Assembly (NCBI RefSeq): GCF_018977255.1 | Contig: NW_024704743.1 | Location: 24,988,001-25,052,000 of the forward strand | DNA: 64,000 nt | Source of the DNA: Callorhinchus milii | Lineage: Eukaryota | Direction of reading: 5' to 3' | In this document: piece after piece, positions 1 to 11,500 of the stretch | Position numbering within the stretch: position 1 is the first letter of the stretch | Layout: the number at the start of each line of letters is the position of its first letter | Program-made: the position numbers and the translations under genes | The notes under the pieces: model-generated | The model's input: only the letters and a program-made list of their open reading frames with translations | Databases searched by the model: none | Told to the model about the DNA's origin: nothing

Positions 1-3
1 TAC

Positions 4-81
4 CTGGATTCTCGGATCCACTTCTTCCTCCTCCTCTTCTGGCGCCTGGATCACTTTGCTTCCTCGCGATAAACCGTCCAT
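4..81 (-). CDS. SH3BP5: SH3 domain-binding protein 5 (Sab), first coding exon; gene continues off the left edge
   Basis: Reverse complement reads MDGLSRGSKVIQAPEEEEEEVDPRIQ, followed by a phase-0 donor (CAG|GTA). EEEEEVDPRIQ matches the SH3BP5 N-terminus, and SH3BP5-METTL6-EAF1 is the known vertebrate gene order. Confidence 0.9.
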
Positions 82-639
82 CTTATTGCTGTTTTCTTTT
101 AATTTTTTGGGTTGGAATTAAAAATATTTACAAATTTCAACAATGCAAAATACGGGAAAGTGTGGGGGTGGGGTTATTACATTAAAAAAAAGAGGCAATT
201 AAGGATCTATGTAGATTGTGTATATGTGTATAAAAATATATATGAAACCAAGAAAAAATGACTGAAAGCAGAAAGGCAAAGAGGAGTGAGTGAGAGAGTG
301 AGTGAGTGAGTGAGTGAGAGAGAGGATGTGTTTGGGGGCAAAGCTCAGAGGCAACATCTGGATTGCATTCTGTAACAACAGCTGGAGAGCAGACCTTCCC
401 CTCCTCTCTCAGAGAGAGAGAGAAAAAAATTCCACGCAACCAGGGCAGGAAACACCCTAAATCACTGTTGATATGTGTGCGGGGAATAAAAGAGAAAACA
501 TGAGCTGAGGCTGAGGCTGAAGGGTCGGTGGACACAGCCTCCGCCCTGTGATTTCACCTTCTCTGTCCTGAGAGGAAAATCCTACTGACGTCTCTGGTCT
601 AATCTTCCCTTTCCTTTCTGAGCTCCAGTGAGGAGGATC

Positions 640-1720
640 TGCTCTGTGTGTGTGTGTGTGTGGCTGCTCTGCTCTGTGTGTGTGTCTGGCTGCTCTGCTC
701 TGTGTGTGTGTGTGTCTGTCTGTCTGCTCTGTGTGTGTGTGTCTGTCTGCTCTGTGTGTGTGTGTCTGTCTGCTCTGTGTGTGTGTGTGTGTGGCTGCTC
801 TGCTCTGTGTGTGTCTGGCTGCTCTGCTCTGTGTGTGTGTCTATCTGGCTGCTCTGTGTGTGTGTCTATCTGGCTGCTCTGTGTGTGTGTGTCTCTGTCT
901 GGCTGCTCTGCTCTGTGTGTGTGTCTGTCTGCTCTGATCTGTGTGTCTGTCTGGTTGCTCTGTGTGTGTGTGTGTCTGGCTGCTCTGCTCTGTGTGTGTG
1001 TCTATCTGGCTGCTCTGTGTGTGTGTGTGTCTGTCTGGCTGCTCTGCTCTGTGTGTGTGTCTGGCTGCTCTGTGTGTGTGTGTGTGTCTGGCTGCTCTGA
1101 TCTGTGTGTGTGTCTGGCTGCTCTGTGTGTGTGTGTCTGTCTGGCTGCTCTGATCTCTGTGTGTGTGTCTGTCTGCTCTGCTCTGTGTGTGTGTGTGTCT
1201 CTGTCTGTCTGCTCTGTGTGTGTGTGTGTCTCTGTCTGGCTGTCTGCTCTGTGTCTCTGTCTGTCTGCTCTGTGTGTGTGTGTGTGTCTGTCTGTCTGCT
1301 CTGTGTGTGTGTGTGTGTCTCTGTCTGTCTGCTCTGTGTGTGTGTGTGTGTCTGTCTGTCTGCTCTGTGTGTGTGTGTGTGTCTCAGTCTGTCTGTCTGT
1401 CTGCTGTGTGTGTGTATCTGTCTATCTGCTCTTTATGTGTGTGTGTGTGCAATCCCTGTCTGTGTGTGTGTGTGCAGTCCCTGTCTCTGTCTGTTTGCTC
1501 TGTGTGTGTGTCTCTGTCTGTCTGTCGGCTGTGTGTGTGTGTGTGTGTCTGTCTGCTCTGTGTGTGTGTGTGTGTGAGTGCAGTCCCTGTCTCTGTGTGA
1601 GTGCAGTCCCTGTGTGTGTGAGTGCAGTCCCTGTGTGTGTGTGAGTGCAATCCCTGTCTGTGTGTGTGTGTGAGTGCAGTCCCTGTGTGTGAGTGCTGTG
1701 TGTGCTGTGCTGTGCTGTGT
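640..1720. repeat. Compound (TG)n/(TCTG)n/(GCTCT) low-complexity tract
   Basis: Visible directly; explains the Cys/Val/Ser/Leu and His/Thr ORFs. Confidence 0.95.
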
Positions 1721-1734
1721 TGGCTGCTGTCACC

Positions 1735-1890
1735 CCTCTGCTCTCCTCCTATCGCCGCCGCTTTGTTACAGCGTTTTCACCGCAACATCGAGTCACCTCT
1801 CAGCAAAATCCGCCCCTTCCGATCATCTCAGTGCAGCGCAACACAGACAGCACCACAGGAGGGTCAGTGCAACCTTCTCAACACCACTGT
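1735..1890. promoter_or_regulatory. Small CpG-containing unique segment, candidate upstream promoter/enhancer of SH3BP5
   Basis: Local CpGs, GC-box-like CCGCCC, unique sequence between two simple-repeat tracts ~1.7 kb 5' of the SH3BP5 ATG. Confidence 0.3.
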
Positions 1891-1899
1891 ACAGCCAAC

Positions 1900-2238
1900 T
1901 TCCCTCACTCCCTCACTCCCTCAGTCAGTCACTCACTCACTCACTCCCTCACTCACTCAGTCACTCACTCACTCACTCCCTCAGTCACTCACTCACTCCC
2001 TCATTCACTCCCTCACTCACTCACTCCCTCACTCACTCAGTCACTCCCTCACTCACTCCCTCACTCAGTCACTCACTCCCTCACTCACTCACTCACTCCC
2101 TCACTCACTCACTCACTCATCACTCACTCCCTCACTCACTCACTCATTCACTTACTCCCTCATTCACTCACTCACTCCCTCATTCACTCACTCACTCAGT
2201 CACTCCCTTACTTACTCACTCACTCATTCACTCACTCA
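1900..2238. repeat. (CACT/CCCT)n microsatellite
   Basis: Visible directly. Confidence 0.95.
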
Positions 2239-2435
2239 ACATTAACACCAGGTAGAGACATGAGCTTTTAAGATTTTAAATCATTTTTTATTTACAGTCA
2301 ATTCACTTTACAGTATATCCTGTGAACCCCTTCGAGACGTCTCAACGACGTGATATAGACCTACATCAAATGCAAGGATTATTATTATCATTATTAATTA
2401 GGGATTGTGTCTAACCCACTCTCTCTTCATTTCAG

Positions 2436-2540
2436 GAATGCGAGGATCTGAAGGCAAAATGTCTTGAACGTGGTTTAGAAATAAAAGGAGATTTGATCGC
2501 ATCCCCGATTGCACCTATTTTATTCTTTAAATGTACTTGA
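2436..2540 (+). pseudogene. SAP-domain (SARNP-like) exon relic
   Basis: CTAAC branch point, pyrimidine tract and AG at 2434-2435, then ECEDLKAKCLERGLEIKGDLI, resembling SARNP ELKQECLARGLETKGIKQDLI; in-frame stop at 2538-2540. Confidence 0.35.
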
Positions 2541-3870
2541 ATTTTTTTTATCCTGCTCAAGGTGAGGGAAACCATGGTAAGCAAGGTGTTCGTAGATTCA
2601 ACTCCCCCCCCACCCCCTCCACCCAGCCCTACACACACACATACATACACACATTCACCCCACCCAACTCTGTCACCCCCAGTTTGCATCAAACACAGGT
2701 TGGATTCAACGAGACTATATAAAGAGCTTCTTCTACTATACCCCCGACTCCTACCTCAGAAGAGCTCACCCTGCTGCATCAAAGTGGCATTTTAAAGTCC
2801 GCAATAATACAAACAGAAGTCGCTGGTCAGGTATTTTAAACCCCTGCTGTTCTCACGCAAAGCTCTGAGTCAGATTTCATTGTCTTTTGTGCTATAATCC
2901 TTCCAGGAACAGAGTTGCGGTGCGTAGATGTATGATAGTAATCTTTGCATTTGATATAGCTCCTTATCACGGCATTGAGCTGTCTCAAAACGCCTTACAG
3001 GAAGGAATTACTGTGACTGTGCATTTGTGGGTGAACGAGACAACAACAACTTGGATTTATATAGTGCCCTCCACGCCGGACGGAGGCATCTCAGAGCGCT
3101 TTACAGTTTCGGTCAATATACACACAGCAATGTCCTACAAACAACCATGAAGTGAATCACCAACTTTTATCTGGTTCATTTCATACAGCTAGCAGAGAAA
3201 AGCGAGTTTCTTTCCATGAGTTTAGAACGAACCCCAGTCTCAAAGGTGAGAGCAAAGTGTATAACCTGCCAACGAGCAATCATTAATTTATTTATTATTA
3301 TTATTATTTTCATGAAAAATTAGGGCTCTTTTTTACAAGTAAAAATTGAAAACGTATTGTCAAAGTATGCATTGCAGCTGACACTAATTTGCCCCAGTTA
3401 CCTGAATGGTGGCAAGTAAGAGTTCAATAAATTTATTGTGTATTGGAGCTATGTAGTCAGGAACTGTTTGAAGATACTATTTAATTTCACTTTCCTGTCA
3501 CTCTTTGCAAGATGTAGTCTTGCCTGTCTATAGCCTGTTCTCATACTTTGCATTAATCTTCCCTATGCTGATGATTCCCAACATGACACAGTTACTATTC
3601 ATCACAGAATATCATTCTGTCGGTAAAGCTTGGAGATAGCAACTAAAGACAAGTAAAGGGATGACAGGTACATTTACTTTATAATCTTATTTAATTAACA
3701 ATAAAGGTTTATGGATTTTTTTAAAACAAGAAGATAAGCTCTGATTGGCACAATAGGATGGCAAGATTTAGGACCTGAGTTCAAATCCGGCCCAAACAGT
3801 TTCTTCCCTTTGCCCTTCCCTAACAATACTAACAAAATCCTATCATCATAATAATAATAATAGTAATAAC

Positions 3871-4008
3871 AGGAATTTGAGAGCCGAAACAGAAACAGAA
3901 GCTATCAGAATATCAGCACAAGATGAAGCTCTTATTACCCTTTATTATGAAAATAAGATTTTGAAGAAAAACATTGATCTGAAATGCTGAATATGCCATC
4001 AAGCAACA
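3871..4008 (+). mobile_element. R4/Dong-clade non-LTR retrotransposon ORF fragment
   Basis: Translates RNLRAETETEAIRISAQDEALITLYYENKILKKNIDLKC*IC, like the LxxETE...AQDQAL...KI...KCRxC motif before the CCHC finger; abuts a (TAA)n tract. Confidence 0.65.
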
Positions 4009-4059
4009 TGTAATGTCATCATGATCAGCCCTAGCGCTATTAGAGTACCTGAATCAAAG

Positions 4060-4640
4060 GCTGGGCGAAACGTTAGGCAGGTTTCCTTACTCCACACACC
4101 TATGTTTACCTAGTAGTAAGTAGGAACCTGTTTTTAGTTGATTAGCAGATCACTTTCCAGGGGTAATAATCCCTTCAAAAAATAACTGAATTAAAAAATA
4201 TATAATAATTTGGTCACAAAATTAATTCCTATAATCATCGCTGCAACTGACTCTGTACTTTGTGAGCGAAATGCGGTAGCCAGTTGCACACAGCAATATC
4301 CCACAAGCAGCCATGGAGTGAATGCCCAATGTTATTTGGGAGATTGAGTGACCAAATTATTATTCTTAGAATTTATTTTTTGAAGGGATTATTACCCCCG
4401 GAAAGTGATCCTCTGATCAACTAACAACCGGGTTCCTACTTAATACAAGGAAAACAGAGGCGTGTGAAGTAAGCAAACTTGCTTAAGGTTTCGCCCTGCT
4501 TGGGAATCAAACCCCAGATCCTCTCGCTTGTGATGCAAATGCTCTAACCAATATCCTGCAGGACTCCACATGTCCCCTGGAAATTGATCCACCAATTGAC
4601 TAATAACCGGGTTCCTACTTAATGCTAGGTGAACAGTGAG
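4060..4640. mobile_element. Cluster of long-variant Deu-type SINE pieces (+ copy ~4060-4225, - copy ~4255-4568, - fragment ~4575-4637)
   Basis: Shared SINE body (AAGTTTCCTTACTCCACAC...TAATAATCCC) in opposite orientations. Confidence 0.75.
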
Positions 4641-5649
4641 ATGGTGCTTGCCTTGTCAACCAGACATGCTCAGAGCTCCTCTCAGTCTCTGAACGAAACC
4701 AAGAATATATATATCAAATATATATCAAATGCAAGGATTAAGAAAGCAGAAAATATAAATCAGATTTCCCATTCCCAAACAGTCCACTGCTAGAAGCGAA
4801 TCACATGACTTTCCTTTGTATCATATCTTTGGAATGTGCTATTTTTACATTTTTGGTCATTAGATATGAGGTCCAACATTTTCATTAGTCCTGAGATCAA
4901 CAGAGACATTTTAATTGCCTTTACAATGTTAGTGACTTGAAAGAGTTTTTTTTAAAAAAAACAATGGTTCTGTTTTTATGGGCATAAGTACTTGGATTAG
5001 TGTGCACTGTAATGCAGTATTTCCAGGAAACCACAGCTAGGTTTGCAATGCATTTCAGTAAGTGCAAAAGGCATTTTGTATTATCAGATAAATATTATTT
5101 ATTTAATTTAAAATGACATTCCTGGTCCTTTAGTAATAAATATAATAATCATATATCACTGCATTATCATTGTAATTGTAAACTATCCCTGATTTTCAGG
5201 GAACAATTACATGTAGCTTCACATTGCACTAAAAAATTAAAGAGGCCTGTTTTCCTATTCTACTATATCCTCAAAAGAATTCTAATAATTTTAAGTATAA
5301 CCTGCTTTTTATTTAAAAGAGAGGCCCATTTTCCCCCCATTTGGGAGCCAGATACAATTTGGAATGCAATTCAAAACAGCACTAAGGCAATTGTGAATTG
5401 TTAATATCAGGCCATCATTTTTATAATTGACAGTTATTGGATGCTGTAGTGACCCTCTCAGTTATATCTTCTTGGCTTAACAAGTGACCAGTGAGGCCAA
5501 AAACATTCCTCGGGTAATGGATAGTTCTTGGTCACTGTGAAGTGATAAAAGGTAATTTACTGAACGATTCTGCAGTGAGGAAAGCACTGCTGATAACAAG
5601 GGGGCTGAGAATCCTCTGTTCATTAACATGAGTGAAAAAGTAGAGGTAT

Positions 5650-6030
5650 AACAACAACAATAAATCACATTTCATGTCGGGAAGACGTCCCAAAGCACTG
5701 GACAGTCAAGGATCTGCGCCCGAGCTGGGGGTTCGGATCTGATCCGAGGAGGGGTAAAAGGTAGAGGGGGCGGGGGTAAGAGGGTGACGGAAGGCGTGGT
5801 CGAAGAGGAAGATTTTGAGATGGGCTTTGAAGGAGGCAAGGGAGGGAACTAGCAAAGAGGCAGTGGAATGAACTTCCAAAGGGTGGGGGCAGAAAGGCTG
5901 AAAGCTCAACCGCCGATGGTGGGGCAAGCAGGCAAGTGGGAAGAAGAGCAGGCCAGAGTCCGCAGAGCAGAGGAGTAGACAGGCCGTTATGGGTTTAGCA
6001 GGTCACAGAGGTTGGAAGGAACGTTGCTAA
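5650..6030 (-). mobile_element. L2 LINE 3' fragment
   Basis: FKAHLKIFLFDHAF C-terminus, 3' stem-loop and (GTT)n tail. Confidence 0.8.
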
Positions 6031-6179
6031 GAGCAACTCCCAAAATGAAAAGTAACAATAATAATAATAATAATCCATGCTTTTGATATAGCACCATATC
6101 ACATTGTTAAAACATCTCAAAGTACTTCACAGGATATACTGTAAAAGTAAACAAAGTCCAAATTGAGCACACCCTTGAT

Positions 6180-6670
6180 GGCTGTCTCAGTAGTCCAGTT
6201 TCCGAGCCAAGGAGGTCACAGACAGCCTGGCTCATCCGCAGGACTTGGAGGGGCAGGCCGGTCTCTTGGGTTAGGGACTCTTCCCACTCAGCTCCTGTTA
6301 ACCCTGCAAGCCAAATCCCTAAGATGCTCCTAGCTTGAGAAGCAGCGGTAAGAAAGCTTACCCGACAGTGCTACAAAAGCCAAGCTATGTGGTTTTAGCT
6401 GGTTAGACTTCAGCAGCTCCCCAACACACACTCTGGGGTCTCCAAGCCTTGGCTCTTGCCAACCTGCACTTAATACTTTCTGGAGTTAGGTGAGCGGGAT
6501 GCGTCACTCCAGGGAGAGAGTGAGCATTCCATTCCAACAAAGATTTCTGGAATTTCCATGCATTGCTGGGATATGTGGAAATCTCAGTTTAGTTTGGAAA
6601 CTCTTCAGCATGCTGATGGGTTTATCGCATGTGTTAGACACCCGGCTGACCCCAAAAAAAGGGTAGTCAA
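6180..6670. repeat. Unclassified dispersed repeat, copy 1
   Basis: CTGGGGTC(T/C)CCAAGCCTTGGCTC core also found at ~8480 (inverted), ~15307 and ~43645; other parts of the element recur at ~31850 and ~51500-51660. Confidence 0.7.
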
Positions 6671-6934
6671 ACAAATATTGAGCTTGTTTCAGCTCAATTG
6701 CGCAAAAGACTCATCAAAAATTGATGTTTAAATATATTTGTTTAATACCAGATCAGACTGGAAAACCTGTGCAAACACACAGGGCATGAATAGCAGGTAG
6801 GTGGTGAAAGCAGTGAATCATACAGTAGATTTCTTACTAGCAGCAAAGGGTATTGGTCATAGGGAAAGGAGAAGGCAGAGGTCGTCCAATGGAGTAAAGG
6901 GCGCTGCTCTCATACAGTAGGCATTACCCTAGAT

Positions 6935-7018
6935 CAGGGATGGACAACTTTAGGCCTGCTGGCTGTTTGCTAGCTGCATTGTACATGCGTAAAATAGGGC
7001 TGCAATTAGCCATCCCTG
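6935..7018. mobile_element. 84-bp hAT (Charlie-type) MITE
   Basis: TIRs CAGGGATGG...CCATCCCTG with perfect 8-bp TSD CCCTAGAT at 6927-6934 and 7019-7026. Confidence 0.85.
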
Positions 7019-7633
7019 CCCTAGATAGTGGAAGACTACAGTAATTTTGTGAGCTACTCTGCAGTGACAAAAGAGTGATGACTGAGAAGTGTCAGCTCAC
7101 AAGGAAGCTGTGACGGAAGTGTAACATCTGGCCATTTCTCTCACTACGAAACCTGAGGAAACGTTCCCATTTTATTTATGGCATTAAAGTTGAACTAATT
7201 TTCAAACTTTGAGGACTTAGCTTTGACTCAAAAAAGGTGCTGTTCAAAAACGTGGTTAGCCTGGAACCATTTGTGCTTTGAAATAGAGTCAGACTCACAG
7301 AGGTGATATACTGTACGGCACATGAAAAACCACAAACTTCTTCGAACAACTTCTTCCATACAGGCAAACGTCATGTGTTCCTCAATACTGTATATCAATG
7401 TACTAGCAGAGTCTGTAAGCTTCACAACAAGTTTGTAAAATCTGTAACAATTATTGAGAGATGTCTAGAACTCACAAGTTTACAAGGTCACAAGGTTGAC
7501 TTGGATGAAGAAAGCCCTTCGATTCATTTAATCTCATAATTCCAAAATACCCACCCTATCATTTTCCTATCACAGCATCAGACTTTTTTTATTTTAAATG
7601 AGTCCAGTGGCCTTGCCGCAACCAGCCTCACAA

Positions 7634-8001
7634 TATAGTAATCCTTCCATTTGATATAGCGCCTTATCATCTCTTTGAGACGTTTCAAAGCGCTTCACAG
7701 AATATACTGTAAAGTGAATTGACTGTATATTTTTGTGGACGGAACGTGGCAGCCAATTGTGCACAGCAGTGTCCCACAAACAGTCGTGGATTGAAGTGAC
7801 CAATTTATCATTTTTTTTAAGGAATTGTTACCACCGGAAAAACGATCCGCCAATCAACTAACAACCAGATTCCTACTTACTGCTAGGTAAACAGAGGCAT
7901 GTGGAGTAAGGAAACTTGTCCAACATTTCACTCTGCTGAGAATCAAACCCAGGTCTCTCACTTGCGAGGTGAGTGCTCTAACTACTGAGTTATAGGACTC
8001 C
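7634..8001 (-). mobile_element. tRNA-derived Deu-domain SINE, long variant
   Basis: tRNA-like head, extra ~60-nt internal block, Deu-like core (TGTGGGACACTGCTGTGCACAATTGGCTGCC), L2-like tail. Confidence 0.85.
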
Positions 8002-9012
8002 ACATTCCTAATAACCTGTTCCACCCTCTGAGTAGATAAATACTTCCTGGTGTCTGTCCTAAAATTGCCTTTTGAAACCCTAAACCTGTATCCCCCTGTT
8101 CTGCTGTCTCAGTGCATCCAAAATTAAAATATAGCATTCAACTACAATATGAATCTAGCTGAGATCAGCTAACTGAGAACCTACAATCTTCTGTCTGCTT
8201 AGTGCTACACTGGGGCATATATTTACCTATTGTGCCACTGGGTGAAACTCTATGAAGTTTTTAACCTCATTTGTGTTGATACCTCAAACTGTTCAGTTTC
8301 AATTCTCTTCAGGTTTCCATCAGCAAGCTTAAGAGTATCCAAACCTGAGAGTTCAAATATATATGCCACCTATGCATCAAAACCTCCCTGTGTCTAGAAA
8401 AAAATGCACAATCTCTTCCGAGAGAGATGAACCTTGCTCACCTAATTTCGGAAAATATTAGGCATAGGTTAACAGGAGCCAAGGCTTGGGGACCCCAGAC
8501 TGGGTGTTAGTGTACTACTAGAGTCTAACCAGCTAAAAACATACAGCTTGCCTTTGAAAGCACTGTTTGTCCAGCTAAGATCCACTTGGGTTTTGGCTTG
8601 CAGCATTAATCGAAGCTGAGTGGGAAAAATACTGGCTACTGGTGTTTTTTTAAGTTTTTGTGATACAGGACTCAAATTGCCCACAAGGTACAGTCACTTC
8701 ACTTTATAATATATTTTGTGAAGCGCTTGGAGATGACCCCTGACATGAAAGACTCGATATCAAATGCAAAGATTATTAAATCTACAGTTATTATGAACTG
8801 CCAAGTAAGGTGGTAGAGGCTGGGGCCATTGTGGGTTTCAAGAGGGACATAACTAAGGTATATAAAGGACAGAGGCTTGAAGGGGTATTGGAATAGAAAC
8901 ACAGGAACAGGAGTAGGTCATTCAGTCCCTCAAGTCTGTTCTGCCGTTCTATAAGATCATGGCTGATCTGTACCTGAAAATCCAATTACCTGCCCTTGCT
9001 CCGTATCCCTTA

Positions 9013-10346
9013 TCCTTATCTATATGCTCTCTCTGAGCGATGTCATCTGCAGACACAGGGTAAACTTCCACATGTATGTGGATGACACACAAATCTACTT
9101 TGCCTCTGTGTACCAACTCCAGGACCACCAGTGTTCTATCAGCTAGTCTGGCAGACATCAAGGCCTGGATGAGTGTAAACATCCTGCAGCTGAATATGGA
9201 CAAACTGGAAACCATACTCCTTGGCTCCCATCAACGTCCTCACTCCTACGGATCTAAATTCCTCAACCTCCATGGACTCTCCCTCAAACTCACTGAACCA
9301 GTGTGCAACCTTGGCATCCATTTCCACCCTCCAGCTGTCCTTCCTCCCCCACATTCAGTCTCTGACCAGGTCCGCCTTCTTCCACCTCCACCACATTGCC
9401 CGCCTCCGACCGTACCTTATATATAAAAATATAATCCTTGCATTTGATATAGCGCTTTTCACGTCGGGAGGACGTCCCAAAGCGCTTCACAGAACACACT
9501 GTAAAGTTAATTGACTGTATATTTGTGGGCGAACGCAACAGCCAATTGCGCACAGCAATGTCCCACAAACAGTCGTAGATTGAATATGACCAATTTATTA
9601 TTGTATTGGGTTTTTGGAGGGATTATTATTAGGCGTTTGGAGTAAGGAAACTTGCCCAAGGTTTCGCCCTGACCTGCCTGGAATTGAACTCAGGTCTCTC
9701 GCTTGCAAAGCGAGTGCTCTAACCACTGAGCTACAGGACTCACGTGGTGGAGTCCCAAATGTAGCTGAAACCCTTGTGCATGCGCTAGTCACCTCCCGCT
9801 TGGATTACTCCAATACAGTCCTCGCTAGTTTCCCCAGCTCCACCATTCACAAGATCCAACCAATTCAAATTCTGCCGCCCACATACTGATCGGGACCAAA
9901 CTCCATACCCACATTTCACCAGTTCTGGTCAGGCTCCACTGGCTCCCCATCACTAAATGGATCGACTTCAAGATTCTCACACTCATGTTCAAATCCATTC
10001 ACTCCCTGGCACCTCCCTACCTCTCCGACCCCCTCATCCCCCAATCCACCGCTTGGTGCCTCCACTCGACTGGCACCAGTCTCTTGCTCATCGCTCACAC
10101 CCTCCACCCCCCCTATCAGGGGTCATGCTTTCAGCCATTACACCCCAAAACTCTGGAACATTCTCCCTCAATCCCTCCACCTTGCTCTTCTCTCCCCTAT
10201 TTCAAGTCCTCCCTGAAAACTTTGCTCTTCGATCGTGCATACGGCCACCTCCACCCGCCACTCGGCTCAGAGTCAGGCTCCACCACTTTGAAGCGCCCTG
10301 AGATGCTACCCTGCATGGAGGACACTATACAAGGTTGTTGTTGTTG
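9013..10346 (+). mobile_element. L2 LINE 3' part (RT YVDD motif onward), interrupted by a SINE
   Basis: HMYVDDTQIY, LADIKAWMSVNILQLN, AETLVHALVTSRLDYSN; ends in (GTT)n. Confidence 0.9.
9425..9741 (-). mobile_element. tRNA-derived Deu-domain SINE, short young variant, nested in L2
   Basis: Near-identical to the copies at 43038 and 44410. Confidence 0.9.
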
Positions 10347-10451
10347 TATCCCTTAATATATTGACCTAACAAATATCTACCCACCTCAGTCTTAAAGATG
10401 TGAATGGATATAGCATCCACAGCCTTTTGGGGAAAAAGTTCCGGATTTCCA

Positions 10452-11500
10452 CAACAACAACAACAAAATTACATTTTTATAGCGCCTTTCACATCGGGAG
10501 GACATCCCAAGGTGCTGGACAGACACAGTTTCAGACCCAAGCTGGGGGTCAGGATTGGGGAGTGTGGAGGGCAGGGAGGGAAGCAGGAAGATCGAAAGCA
10601 TGGTCGAAAAGGAGGGTCTTGAGATGGGTTTTGAAGGAGGTAAGGGAGGGACTACGGGATCGAGTTCCAGAAAGTGGGGGCCAGAGTGGCAGAAGGCCCG
10701 CTCGCCAATAGTAGGACGAGCGATGCGGGGGACGTGAAGCAGGCCGGAGCCCGCTGAGCGCAGAGGGTGAGCAGGATGGTCATGGTTTACGAGGTTGCAG
10801 AGGTAGGCTCCAAAACCAAAAACAATAACAAATTGGTCATTTTCAATCTACAACTGTTTGTGGGACATTGCTGTGCGCAATTGGCTGCCGCGTTCGCCCA
10901 CAAATATACAGTCAATTCACTTTACAGTGTGTTCTGTGAAGCGCTTTGGGACGTCCTCCCAACGTGAAAAGCGCTATATCAAATGCAAGGATTATTATTT
11001 TTATTATTATTATAGGCAGGGCGCATGAAGGTGAGGACCAGAATCTTGAACTGTGTCCTCTGTGTGATGGGAAACCAGTGGAGTTGGACGAGGATGGGGT
11101 GATAGGGTCACAGAGCCTGGTGCGGGAGAGGACAGGGGTTGCAGAGTTCTGGATGATCTGCAGCCTATGGAGGGAGGAGTTGGGGGGGCCGACAAGCAAT
11201 GAGTTTGCGTAGTCGAGCCTCGATGTAATGAAAGCATGTATGAGGACTTTGGCAGCCTGCGGTGTGAGACAGTGTTGGAGCCGTGTGATGCTGCAGAGGT
11301 GGGAGAAGGCAGAACGGGTCACGGCGCAGATGTGATTTTGAAAGGATAGTTGAGGGTCAATCAAGACCCCAAGGTTCCAGACTGGCTTAGCAAGGTGGAG
11401 TCTGCAACCATGGATGGTGATGCTGTCAGCGCCTGAGGTGAGGAGAGCCTCAGTCTTGTTGATATTCAACTGAAGAAAGTTAGCTCTCATCCAGAACTTG
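10452..11500 (-). mobile_element. L2 LINE 3' part, interrupted by a + strand SINE 3' half (~10808-11012)
   Basis: ORF 10912-11580 contains NFLQLNINKTEALL...AFITSRLDYANSLL; (CAA)n tail at ~10452. Confidence 0.88.

Noticed and set aside
1776..1788. 13-mer TTCACCGCAACAT shared with the MTURN pre-ATG sequence (60249-60261)
   Set aside because: No extended similarity; probably chance.
628..2271. Cys/Val-rich and His/Ser/Leu/Thr-rich ORFs
   Set aside because: Microsatellite translations open in several frames.
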